Source: Psilocybe cubensis
Lineage: Eukaryota
Length of the DNA stretch: 64,000 nucleotides
Direction of reading: 5' to 3'
Assembly: GCA_017499595.2 (NCBI GenBank)
Contig: CM039000.1
Span: 1,302,001-1,366,000 of the forward strand
Below, in pieces: positions 23,387 through 35,341 of this stretch. A program made the translations under genes and the position numbers. The notes under the pieces are model-generated. The model saw only the letters and a list, made by a program, of their open reading frames with translations, was not told the DNA's origin and searched no databases. Every line of letters starts with the position of its first letter. Position 1 is the stretch's first letter.

Positions 23387-26213
23387 TTACAGGTGGATGG
23401 CCTTGACAAGGGGAGAAACAACCTCTCCGCCCTTTTGCTTGTAGAAGTCGACGACCTTTTTGCCGACAGCAGCAATATCTGGTGCAGACGTTAGATATCA
23501 ACTCATGTTATATCAACAGAAAAACATACTTGATCCAGTGATGCCGAACTTCTCATACACCTTCTGATAAGGACCGGAAGCACCCCAGGCAGGGAGACCA
23601 AATTGCTAAAAGAAAAAAGTCAACAACGACCCTTGGAGCCAACGCGCTAATATGAACTCACCTCGTGGCTGTATTTCGCCCATCCAGCGGTGGAAAGTGC
23701 CTCGAGAGACAAAATGGGGGCACCGCTCCTCAGCACGCTCAATCGGTACTCCTCGGGTTGCTGGTCGAATGTCAACCAGCAGGGCAAGCTGACAACACGG
23801 GTCTTGATGCCCTGCTCCTTGAGCTTGGCAGCAGCCTCAACGGCGATGCTGACCTCGCTTCCAGTGCTGACAATAGTGAGGTCCTCCTTCTCCTCGTCAT
23901 GGAGAACGTATCCACCACGGGTGGCCTTCTCGATTGTTGAACCTTCAAGGTTGGGCAGGTTCTGGCGAGAGAGGGAGAGGATGGAGGGGGTAGACTTGGA
24001 CTTGAGAGCGACGAGGTATGCGGCGGAGGTCTCGTTTCCGTCGGCAGGGCGCCAGAAGGCCACGTTGGGGGTAGCACGGAGACCAATGGCAGTCTCAACA
24101 GGTTGATGAGTAGGACCATCCTCACCAAGACCAATGGAATCGTGGGTAGCTAGGAGGTACGAATTAAATCTTTTACCCTTTGATGGTATTGTAAGCTCAT
24201 CACTTACCAACCCAGATGACCTGGTGGCCAGACAAAGCGGACAGTCTGACAGCTCCGGAAGCATAAGACACGAAGTTCTGTGGCAATATGCAATTAGACT
24301 GACAGTATATCGCAAGGGCGTTTAAAGACATACCAAGAAAGTTGCAACGAAAGGAATAATGCCACCATAGGCGTGCAGTCCATTGGCGATGGCTCCCATA
24401 GCGTGCTCACGGACACCATAGCGGATATATGTACCAGCGTATGTGCCAAGGCCGGTGCTGGGGGGTTGGAAGTCAACAGAGTTCTTGACCTTGGTCAAGT
24501 TGCTTCCAGTCAAATCAGCGGATCCACCCATGAGCTCAGGAAGGCTGGGAATAATGGCAGTGAGGGTAATCTCAGAGAGCTTGCGGGACGCCTGGGCAGC
24601 ATCAGTGGGCTTGTAAACAGGCAGAGTCTGTTCCCAGCCAGCGGGGAGCTCTCCAGCGATGCGGCGGGTGAGTTCGGCGTGCTCTTTGGGGTATTTTTGG
24701 CCGTAGGATTGGAGAAGCGAGTTCCACTCAGCCTCGAGAGCGGCACCGCGCTTTCCGAACTCTGCATAGAGGTCGTAGGTGGCCTGGGGAACCTGGAATT
24801 TCTGGTCAGGGGCGAATCCGAATTTAGACTTCAAAGCCTCGATATCATCAGCCTTGAGAGCTAGAAAAGAAAAGGCTCAGCAAAGAATAGATTTTAAGAG
24901 GGGTGGGATACGAACGAGCACCGTGGACGCCGTGGGTTCCCTGCTGCTTCGAGCCGTAACCGATGGTGGTCTTCAGACGGATGATGGTGGGCTTGCTCTT
25001 TTCTTTTTTGGCCTCAGCAATAGCGCCGGCAATGCCAACCAGGTCGCTATGTGTCGATTTCAGCAATGATTCTTTGCATTCGATGTAACGTTATCTCACC
25101 TGTCACCGTCGTCGACGTGGAGGACTTGCCATCCGTAGGAGAGGAAGCGCTGCTCGACGTTCTCAGTGAATGCAACGGCGGTGTCTCCATCGATGGAGAT
25201 ATCTTCAAGCCGGTCAGTTATCTGCAAAGATCATCTGACATTCTACTACTTACGATTGTCATCATAGATCTATAGCACGGTGTCAATTAGGTTGATAACA
25301 AATTGAACCACGCGTAAATATACTTACGACGATGAGGTTTCCGAGTTGGAGATGTCCTCCCAAGCTAGCGGCCTCGCTGGCGACACCCTCCATAAGGCAG
25401 CCATCTCCGGCGAATACTGTGGGTGTTATCAGTAAATGGCGGAACAATCTACATGGCGGTTATTTACCATAGGTGTAGTTGTTGATTAGGTCGAAACCGT
25501 CCTTGTTGTATACGGCGGCGAGATGGGCTTGGGCGATGGCCAAACCGACGCCGTTAGCGAAACCTTGACCGAGGGGACCGGTGGTAACCTCGATACCTGC
25601 CGAATAATAAATAAATATATCATGGGACAGGATAAATATCCAAACCATCAGTGTGTCCAGCTTCGGGATGTCCAGGGGTCTTGGAATCAAGTTGGCGGAA
25701 AGCCTTGAGATCATCCATAGACAGCTTGTAGCCCAAGAGATGGAGAAGCACATATTGGAGAGCGCAACTAATCCCGAAGATCAATACTAGGTTTCTGGTG
25801 TATATCTATGTACTTACGCGTGTCTATTTGATAGAAAACGATGTTAGCGATATTCCTGTGCCCGCCATGAATCTACTCACCCGTTTGAAAGGACAAATCG
25901 ATCGCGGTTAAACCACTTGGAGTTTTTGGGGTTTGCATTGACGAAACTATAAATTGGGGATGGAATGAATTGGGCGATCGCTTGGCGGGTTGGATAAAAT
26001 ATGCATACCGAGAGAAGAGGACGTGGGCTACGGGAGCCATGCCCATAGGAGCACCTGATGAAGATATCGTTGAGAAAACTGGAGAAAACGCGTCTAGGCG
26101 GGGAGAGACGCACCGGGATGGCCAGAGTTAGCCTTGCCGACGACATCGACGGCGAGGGTGCGGATGGTGGCGATGGCGGTCTCGTCGGCGGGGTGGGGGG
26201 TGAAGGAGGACAT
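23387..26213 (-). CDS. TKL1: Transketolase
   Basis: [97 protein letters not shown]. Confidence 0.98.
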
Positions 26214-26434
26214 GGTGGTAGAGGAAGAAGAAGAGGATGAGAAAGAAATTTAAAGAGGATGATCCCCGGCGGAATGGAATTCGCAATACGAGGACTGGAG
26301 AACTGTTGGGCGAATCTAATCTACCCAAATCACATCGGCCGATCTCTCCCCTTAATTACCGGCCATGTCCGCCACGCGGGCCCACGCGGCTCCGGATTGG
26401 CTCGTCCACATTTCTTTCTACTTCACCAGTCCAT

Positions 26435-26782
26435 ATGCACGCTCAGCTCTCGGACAAAAAGCTAGGTTAGACGCCTCCTATTCTCTTCTTTTCTCCTCTT
26501 TATTCATCCAGTTTGCGCCCAGTATGTCAAGAGTTCATCGAGGCCCTTGAAAGGTGCCATGCCAATGGCTGGACTAAATTCATTGGCGCTTGCAACCAGA
26601 ACAAAGACGACCTGAATCACTGTCTGAGGACCGAGGTATTCATTCATTCCATAATGTTTTCACGCACAACAGCTGACATTCTATTGCCTTAGCGCCTCAC
26701 TCGTACCAAGATGAACAGGGAAAAGGCTAAACTGCGCCGAGACAAAACAGATCAAGCTCTGCAGGAATTCCGTGCGCTATAG
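26435..26782 (+). CDS. CMC2: Twin Cx9C COX assembly protein (Cmc1/Cmc2 family)
   Basis: Three exons give MHAQLSDKKLVCQEFIEALERCHANGWTKFIGACNQNKDDLNHCLRTERLTRTKMNREKAK...FRAL*. Confidence 0.88.
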
Positions 26783-27112
26783 GGCTCCCACAAGGACCGT
26801 CCGGCCTTTCTACTATAACCTGTAATCTATTCCCAACCATGTACATCTTTGGTCGATACCATCACTGCTTATCGCTAATTTCTTACTAGTATTTCTCATG
26901 TTCCTTGGGCTATATCTCGGCCCCTGCTAGCCATCCCGACTTTCCCATCCTGTTCAAGCAACAACCGGTCCATCTTCTCCGTTCAGTCTCAACACTCTCA
27001 GGATTCATGGAATTGATTTTCCAGACTTGACATACAAGTTACAGAACCTGCTAATGTTACAGATTTATCGTTCAACAATTTGTACATCCCCCTCTCACTG
27101 TCATTTCCGTCA

Positions 27113-28229
27113 TTACCATGCATGGTGGCCCCCGCTCACCAGGATACTACATTGCCGGTTCTAATCAGCGGCATTCTTGGAAGATCAGGGAAAACGGGAC
27201 ACGTACTCGCTACCCGTGCAGAAAGTGGAAGCGTCGCTGGCCAACCATGCTATAACACCCCGAAGTTCGTCTGGACGCCCGATACGCCCTAGGGGATTCA
27301 GACTGGACCATTTCTCCAGAAGATGGGGTTGAGCGTCGAGATAGGCGGCAGTCATTCTGATACAGCATCATCATCGACCATCTAAACACGATCATGAAAA
27401 ATAAAAAATCAGACTGACGAGGTGTATATATGTCCTGGGGACAATGTATTGACTCGAATTCTTTCCGGTCCCAGTTCACAAGCCATGCTGCGCGCCATCT
27501 GCAGGACCGCTGATTTGCTGGAGTTGTACGACACCCATGCGTGGTCCTACAACATGTTGTTGACTTTGCCTTCATCTCTGTGAAAAGAGCACTTACTTTG
27601 TTTGTGATACTGCCTGACATCGAGGCAATAAGGATGATACTCCCACCGTGTCCAAACCTGCGCATCTGTTGTCCAGCAGCTTGGGCAGTGAACAACACTC
27701 CATGAGTATTGACGTCCAACACCTACATGACCAGTCAGCACAGGAGCCCCTTTATAAAAGTGCTCGCAATCACATCTTTGAATTGTTGAGCGGGATAGGT
27801 CAAACAGTCCGTGTGGGTTTTCAGTATTCCAGCAGCAGCGATGCACACATCCATCCGCCCCTCTTTATCTCCTATTTCCTTTGCCTTATCCCACTGGGCC
27901 TGCTGGTCCCTCACATCAATCGACGCGTACTCCAACCTCGACCCATTTCCTAATTTCGTAACATAATCCCTAGTCTTGACCCACTCATCCGAGGGCTCAG
28001 CAGGGAGATCCCAGCAGTAAACAGCGCGCGCGCCAGCTTCGCACAACGCCAGCGCCATCTCGAGCCCCAAGCCCCTATTCCCACCCGAAACGATGCCCAC
28101 TCGGTCAGTCAGCGCGAACTCGTCAAAGATCTTGGCCTTTGGTTGGAAATTCGGGTTGGCGGCCGCTTCAAGGGCTGCGCTGACTCCGATCGGAGCCAGA
28201 GGGGAGACGGACTGAGCTGGTGGAGGCAT
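27113..28229 (-). CDS. Short-chain dehydrogenase/reductase (D-arabinitol 2-dehydrogenase/sorbose reductase-like)
   Basis: VSGGNRGLG; MDVCIAAAGI; GSIILIASMSG; YNSSKSAV (YxxxK); IRVNTLSPGHI; NPLGRIGRPDEL; GGHHAW*. Confidence 0.92.
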
Positions 28230-28650
28230 GAGAAATGAATGCGAATGTGGGGAAGCTATCTGTGATGTGGTCTCTCCTTTATAAGATGCGACTCCATGTA
28301 CGCCCTGAGCTTCTTTCCCCACCTGACCCCCAGATCCCTGGAGTCAAATCAAAATTGTCGATCCACCCTGTTGGTTATTTTAGAAATAGCACTGAAGTCA
28401 GACGTCATAATGGAAAATAAGCAATGAATTGTATACATATAGCAGTGCTGGTACTTAATGACTAGGTATTGGTACAAATTACATTTAAAATATATGAATA
28501 TACATATAATAGCGATAGCCCAGGATATAGTGATAGAGAAATCGAAAACAAGCAGTTCCCTGTGGACAGACAAACTAATTGGATTGGGATGGGGGCATGG
28601 TCGTAAATATCGTCAACGTCGTTAGATCGAAGAAAAGTTGGTCGTGGCCG

Positions 28651-29525
28651 TTACTCGGTCTTCTTGACTTTGGGAACTTTGAAAATCCAGGGTGCCACCT
28701 TGCCATTCATGACGCGAAGGAAGGTAGCCCCGTAGCGAGATGGCAAATCCTTACCATCCCAGCGGTCAACCAGCCGGATGATCTTCTCATTGTCATCCAT
28801 TTCAACGCTAATGATCGACTCGACCACCTGAGAAATTGTTACCCTACAATGACCAGGATGTGCAGAAAGATGTAAACCGACCTTCTTCTTTTTGAAAAGA
28901 CGCGTCGTATACTGTTGTGTTTGGTGGTAGATGAATTGGTTGGGATTGTCAGTTGAAGACATGATGCGTTGCGATATTTGCTCAGATTTCGAGAATAATT
29001 TAGGCTAAAGATACAATAAGCGCTTATCAGAGAGCGCCGGACATGTGAAAGCTGACCATAGCAAACCACTGTCAAAGTCCATGAGTAAACAGTGAAGTCT
29101 CGAGCCGATAGTATACGCACCTGTGCGGCATATTCATCAAAGCCTTTACATTTACAGAAAGGATCCTCAAATTCAGCATCTTTACTCCAGGATCTCTCAA
29201 AGATATCAAGGGTTGGTCGACAAGAATACAGCTCCGTTAGATCCTTCAGAATCTGCTCGTGGTCGTGCTTCAACACCGTATGCGGGCGCGAGCCACTGCT
29301 TCTTCTATGCTTCAGTACCACGTCCGAGTCCACCCTAGCACCCGCATAATGCGCTCCTCCAGCGACTGACTCGACCAAAGCCGGAGTTGGCACGGGATGC
29401 AGAATATGGCTCGGATGAAATGTTTGGGTGGGCGGTGAAGGCGAACGCGTCAATCTGTAAGACTTGTGCGATCTTGTAGAGTCTTGTGAAAGGGTACGGC
29501 GGTGGGTGGGGGTTGTTACTGACAT
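28651..29525 (-). CDS. Conserved fungal hypothetical protein, NTF2/SnoaL-like fold
   Basis: Ser/Pro-rich N-terminus, then ELYSCRPTLDIFERSWSKDAEFEDPFCKC.GFDEYAAQ...VESIISVEMDDNEKIIRLVDRWDGK. Start codon uncertain. Confidence 0.75.
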
Positions 29526-29866
29526 TGTTGTGGTCGGAGAACAAGGGTCGGGGACCATGTCTTTTGTGCCCGTTCTCCTATGGACTCTTGTTTGCACGAC
29601 TAGGACCATGACGTAAAACGATCATGTGATCGGATAATATAACCAATACAATCAGCACAATCTCGACCTTCTGCCCGGACTCCGTAGTGCTCGAGGGTGT
29701 CCTCAAGCCTCCGACACCGACGCTCTAGCCGACTGCACTGTATAATTATAACATAATGGGTTGAACAAAGACAGCATCATTACTACAGTCACAATAGGAG
29801 GGTCGATCAACGAAATAACCTAGACATGATCTTTCAATGTGTACATTTTGATCATTACTCTCTCGC

Positions 29867-31090
29867 TCAGTTGCCGTTGGGACTGGCTCCTTGCCATAAT
29901 CCATATGTTTTGCCAGGTGTGGTTTGCCATAATCGAATAGTACCTGCGAGATCGCATCAGTGAATGGTACACAGCATGTAGCATCAGTGTTACTCACCAT
30001 CCTCTTTTGGAAGAAAAGATTTCAAAGTCAATAATAACTTCGAGCAAGACGGTCGATAGCTGGACTCACCACTTCCACTTGCATACATCTCCCCGTCGGG
30101 GCTGAACTCCACACAGTGAACAGGGCCATGGTGACCCTTGAGGACATCTCGTTCCTCTCCATTGATACCGTGAACACGAACCCACTCATCAGTCATACTA
30201 CCAGTTACGAAACGGTCCTGGAGGATGGGGTGGATAGAAGCTGATGAAGGAGCATATCGGAGGGTAAGGCTGTGCGTATTGTGACCAGTGTGTGGCAACG
30301 CAGGTATGAATTCAACTGTCTTGCCAGAGGTCAGCACCAGTCTTTGCGTCTGCAAAGACAACTCCATGGACGTTATCGGGTCGGGAAATGTGATTGTTTT
30401 CGTCAGCTCTCTTGATCGGAGATCCCACCATCTATACAAAACGAGAAAAAAAGATTGCTTAGTGATTCTGACAAACAAAGAGATGGCATATGTCAAAGAC
30501 TCCCTTACTTCACTTTCCCGTCATCGCCAGCGGTCACACCTGTGTGATCACCTACCCACACAACACTCTTGATTGTTCCATCATGAGAGAAAGGACCGTT
30601 GTCGAAAAGGAAATCGGGTTCTGCGTCAGGCCGATTGAGGTCGAATATTCGCACTTTCTTTTCCTGGCCTCCGGTCAAAAGATGTGATGCCTGGGGAGAC
30701 AAGGCGACGCTCCGAACAATGTGGTTGTGAGGGAAAGAGTGGAGAACGTTGCCAGAGTACGTGTCCCAGATTTTCCTATGAAGGAATAAGCAAGATAGGC
30801 ACAGTGATCGATGTGTAGGAGGTGGATGCCACTCACGCAGTGAAATCTGCGCTTCCAGACGCCGCTCTAGAACTGTCCAGCGAAAGTTTCGTACTCCAGA
30901 CAGCACCTTTGTGTCCAAGGAAGGTGCCAATCCAGTCTCCAGTCCACTCCCTCAACATAGGATTTCCATCTTTACAGCTGGACACAAGCAAGAAAGTGCC
31001 GTCTTCTTGGATCGGAGAAAAAGAAAGATGGGTAATAGGTCGAGTATGGCCTGGTGCCACAAGAGGGGTTGATCTCAAAGGAGCTGACAT
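29867..31090 (-). CDS. STRAP: WD40 protein, STRAP/UNRIP orthologue
   Basis: [88 protein letters not shown]. Confidence 0.93.
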
Positions 31091-31941
31091 TAAATCGTAT
31101 CAAATGGAGTGGGTAGTGAGAAGTGTGTTGTCGTTATGGGTGATACAGGCGCGCCGCGCACTGGCTTGGAGAGTGAGAGAGAATGAGAACGGAAGAAAGG
31201 AAGTCGTAGATGGAAGAACTTGAAAGAGAGTCAATCGGTCGATGTTTGCTGTGCTGGGATTTGCCACGCACCATTTGATTGCCTTATCCGACAGGTCACC
31301 ATCACAGATTCCGCCAAACTTTTCCTTTTTCTTTCAACCCGTGCCATGCGCCCTGAACGTGTTCGCCAACGTGAAAGCTTGTTTTCCGAGATGAATACAC
31401 TTTGAATGGCTATATATGGGCGCTTATTTTAGGGCCGTGTATACGTAAATTCTTTGGCAGGAATGCCTCGCCAAGAGCTCAGAAAAATCATCGGTTACAA
31501 TATATATTTACTGCACCTCCTTCAAACAAGCCAACCAACAAAATATCGCAATGTGAAAATGTCCTAAAATCCATCACTCATTTATGTCGTTTGAAAAGTA
31601 ACCAGTGTGGCCTATGGACTGTCTGGGCAAAATCGCCAGGGTAATGCGGCTGGGTCCCCAAAACGGCACATCGTACGCCAGCGATTCTCAGGCTCAATGC
31701 ACTTCAACCAATTGATAGATTGAATCTCCATAACGCGCAAAATACTTGGATATGAAGCCTAAAGTAAATGAGCAGCCAAAACCTGCTTTACCACGCCTTG
31801 GAGTCAAAAAACTACAAATATCGACTGTGCTAAGCTGTACTACCCAAGTTCGAGAACTATCGGGTTCTATAGACCATCATACAGAGACTCAATCTGTGAA
31901 TGTTCTGTTGAAGATAATGAAACGGACAGCGGGGCCAGGGC

Positions 31942-33459
31942 CTACGTATCCCGTGGCACTTGTGGCGGGCCTAGACAGACACCATAGACATAATCAGAAA
32001 GGAAGCGGCGGCATAGACCAGAATGAAAGAAGGACCAAAATCTATCATGCGTTAGGCCTCCTTCTGACCCTGCTATGAAAGATCGCATGCGCTGCCAGAA
32101 TGATGGACCTTCTTCAAAATAAGCAAGTACAGCGGCATCATATCCGCGAGGATAGAACCCACTCTCTGCCCAGTCTACCAGCCATAATACCCCGTCTTTG
32201 GACAGGATGATGTTGGCAAAGTTCAGATCGCCATGTGCGTAATTTAATTTCCAGGGCTTTCCTGTCGGTGGCTCGAGTGGCAACTGCTGAGGCATTCCCA
32301 ACGTCTTTTGGTATGCCACCGTGTCGGCCCATCCTTGAAGCGCAACCACTTCACACCAGGCCTGAAAAGAGGAAAAGGGATGAAATGGTCCTCGGGCAGA
32401 ATTGTCGAAAAGTGGCCCAGAAACCACCCCAGGGTTATGCAGTCTTCCAGGAGCAAAACCTTTCAAAGAATGAAGTTGGGTAAGATAGAGTCGTAGAGTG
32501 CAGGCAATGCGAAATTGCATGAAGAGACTTTTTTTGTGCAAACATTCTAGCAGCATCTCTCCTTCGATGAATTGAAACGCTGTCCAATTTTCTAGGTTGC
32601 GGTGATAGATCTGAGGAACAGGAATGTGTGTGTGGAGACGGATATAGTCGGTAGCATCCCTCTCATTTTTGTCGTTGCGTTTGACAATTACATTCTGAGA
32701 AATTCTATGTGTTGGCATAGCTCGAGTTGGCCAATTACTTTTGACCCTCGTTCTCAAGCCTTCCCTCCAAGTGTCTGCATATGAGGACGAAAGAAGATGG
32801 TCAACAGCTTGATCATCTAATTGTCCATCATCAGGTTTCTGTGCTAAATCAGATTTTTGATTGCTGTGGACCAGGAAGGTTACACATACATCTAAATTGA
32901 CATTATTAGGAATAGGAAGCGAGAAGACTCTGGCAACATAATCCAAAACATGATGCTTTATATCAAATATAATGGATGATAACGACAAACTTCGAGGCGA
33001 CGTAGGTGTACCAGGAGTTGCGGTTACTGTATCCACTTCAAAATTCTCAGATGGTTTACATAACATGAATGAGAGAGAGGACTGACCGATATATTCGCAA
33101 ACTACTTGGACGTCGTCAATGTCTAAGCAATTGAGTTGCAAATACGGTGTACCGTCGTAGAAAGTTGCTCTGGATGATTGCTTGCGTGATGCGAGGTAGC
33201 CCCAGCCATAATCTTGCACGATTAAATCTCTATGAGTACCCACAATGCACACTTGGGAAGGCGAAGTCAAATTATGAGCATTTTGGATGTAAGACTTCAT
33301 TGTAGAGTTGTGGTATTCTTCGGAACATTTAATCAACGCCAAGGAGAAATCGATAGGAGGCAGGTCTTTGACCCCACCGTCAAGGTGGCACTGAAAACCG
33401 AACATTTTCCCCCCTCTGCGAACAGTGCGAGACTCCTGAGGGGCATGTCTTAACATCAT
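31942..33459 (-). CDS. Aminoglycoside phosphotransferase/choline-kinase-like (APH) protein with unknown N-terminal region; probable short upstream exons to ~33619 or beyond
   Basis: 505-aa ORF with VIVK..NERDATDYIRLHTHIPVPQIY, FIEGEML, AHGDLNFANIIL and WLVDWAESGFYP. Confidence 0.85.
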   Translation of the reverse strand: MMLRHAPQESRTVRRGGKMFGFQCHLDGGVKDLPPIDFSLALIKCSEEYHNSTMKSYIQNAHNLTSPSQVCIVGTHRDLIVQDYGWGYLASRKQSSRATFYDGTPYLQLNCLDIDDVQVVCEYIGQSSLSFMLCKPSENFEVDTVTATPGTPTSPRSLSLSSIIFDIKHHVLDYVARVFSLPIPNNVNLDVCVTFLVHSNQKSDLAQKPDDGQLDDQAVDHLLSSSYADTWREGLRTRVKSNWPTRAMPTHRISQNVIVKRNDKNERDATDYIRLHTHIPVPQIYHRNLENWTAFQFIEGEMLLECLHKKSLFMQFRIACTLRLYLTQLHSLKGFAPGRLHNPGVVSGPLFDNSARGPFHPFSSFQAWCEVVALQGWADTVAYQKTLGMPQQLPLEPPTGKPWKLNYAHGDLNFANIILSKDGVLWLVDWAESGFYPRGYDAAVLAYFEEGPSFWQRMRSFIAGSEGGLTHDRFWSFFHSGLCRRFLSDYVYGVCLGPPQVPRDT

Positions 33460-34262
33460 CGATGCATCTATTAAAGCACAATTCTTACAAGTGAATTCTT
33501 TAGGGTATGCTTGCCACTATGGGGACGACCTAGTGTGCATGGATATTAGCGTTTTGTTACTTTAGGGAGGTCACAGTGCCCAAACCTGTGATGAAGACAT
33601 TATACGAGAATTGATCCATGCCTACACAGTTTGCGGTCAAGGTCAATAAGAAAGTTATTTTTTACCAAGTCACCGAAGGCCTTAGGCCATGGACGATCAA
33701 TCGCTGGATCAAGTTGAAGTTAGATTTTGTGGGTTAAATGTTACCTGTTAGGTTCCCACGGAGTTTGCAAGGTGCCATCACAGTCATCAAAAATGACTTG
33801 AGGAATGGGAAGCATACTAGTAGTACAAGTTACCAGTAATATTATAGTAAGTAAGTAATACGAAACGTTGTGCGCAGAGAGGGAGTGATACAAAAGTAAA
33901 TAAGATAAGCAGAGTCTCTGATCTAGTAGCAAAGTAGCTATACGGGGACAATACAGACAATCGTTCCCTTGAGCACGAAACACATAATTTTGGAGTTTAG
34001 AGTTGCTATTCTGGACAAGGCGAATTGGTGTAGGTCCCCAATGGTGACCTTCATGAAAACCTCAATGAAAAAAATAGGGCTCTTTGACGATATTTTTCCT
34101 TCACTTATTGGAAAATATGGCTTATTGGCTGAAATATATCGTGTACAACACCATTAATAGCTTCGATACCTGTTGGTAGTGACGCACGGCAATGCTTGAT
34201 ATCTGTGGATATTACAGCCCATAGAATAAGATATAGAGTATAATGGGCAGCAAACCAGAGAA

Positions 34263-35341
34263 TTACGGATCTGCCAACTCAGGAAACACCTGTGGCAGAA
34301 TATCCTCACATGCACCACGAAAAAGAGAAGAAGCATTTTCGTCCTTCTCACTTGGATAGAGGTTGAATATGGCAACATGTCCGTGACGACGCCGAACTCG
34401 AAAAGCGTAACCAGCCGCAGGATGCACCTATGATAATGGAAAAATCAGACGAATTCAAATGCATTTGGATGTAATATTGGAATGCACTAACAGTTGAGGA
34501 GGTCCCGATGACGAGACACATATCTGCCTTAAAAACGAGAGAATTTATTTGGTCAAGATGGTAAGGCTTTTCGCCAAACCAAACCACACCTGGTCTTGCG
34601 AGCTCCTGACATTCAGGACAGTGGGGCAACAAGCTAATAGGAATGTCGTGGTTTTTGGAGCCAGCATCTGTGTAGTCCTGGATATTAGCTTCAACATGTC
34701 CCAATGCTGGGCAGAGAGGAGTTGAGAAATCTTCTGCGCGCCAGTCGCATTTGGTACACTGAACTTCAAAGAGTTTCCCATGCATCTGTACAACAGAACC
34801 TGTACGCGCACGGTAGCTTGGACCTTTGAGACCCTGTTCTTCAAGTTCTTTCTCGAGATCATCCAAAGCCCTTACGGAGAGTCTATCGACGTTTTGGGTG
34901 ATTAGATGCATGGACTTTGCGGCAGGCGCGACCTTCTTCAAATAATGGGGTATTGCCAATTTTGCCAATATTTTATGTGCCGTGTTAGTCTCGGCTTGCA
35001 GTGCCCTATCGTCATAAAGACGGTCAGTCTGGATCAACAGAGTACTGATCCTTTAAGTTAACGCACTTTTGCCGGCGATAGTGATAAAACTGCCACACTA
35101 AAGAAGGGTTTTCGTGAAAAGCCTCTGGTGTGGCGAGGCTGGTTGCGTCTAGAGAGCGCCACATACCACCCCCGTCCCTGAATGTTGGAATGCCTTGGGA
35201 TCTTTAGTGAATATTCAACTACTAAAAGGATTGGAGGAAGTAAGTACCCGACGCTGCTGAAAGACCCGCTCCAGCAATAACAATGATATGCTTTGCATTG
35301 GCGAATGCCTCCCTAAATCCCTGTAAAGTATCATTATTCAT
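34263..35341 (-). CDS. Sir2-family NAD-dependent deacylase (SIRT5/CobB-like)
   Basis: [91 protein letters not shown]. Confidence 0.95.

Noticed and set aside
31942..33459. APH kinase as part of a secondary-metabolite (for example psilocybin-type) cluster
   Set aside because: No decarboxylase, methyltransferase, P450, MFS transporter or other biosynthetic core genes nearby.
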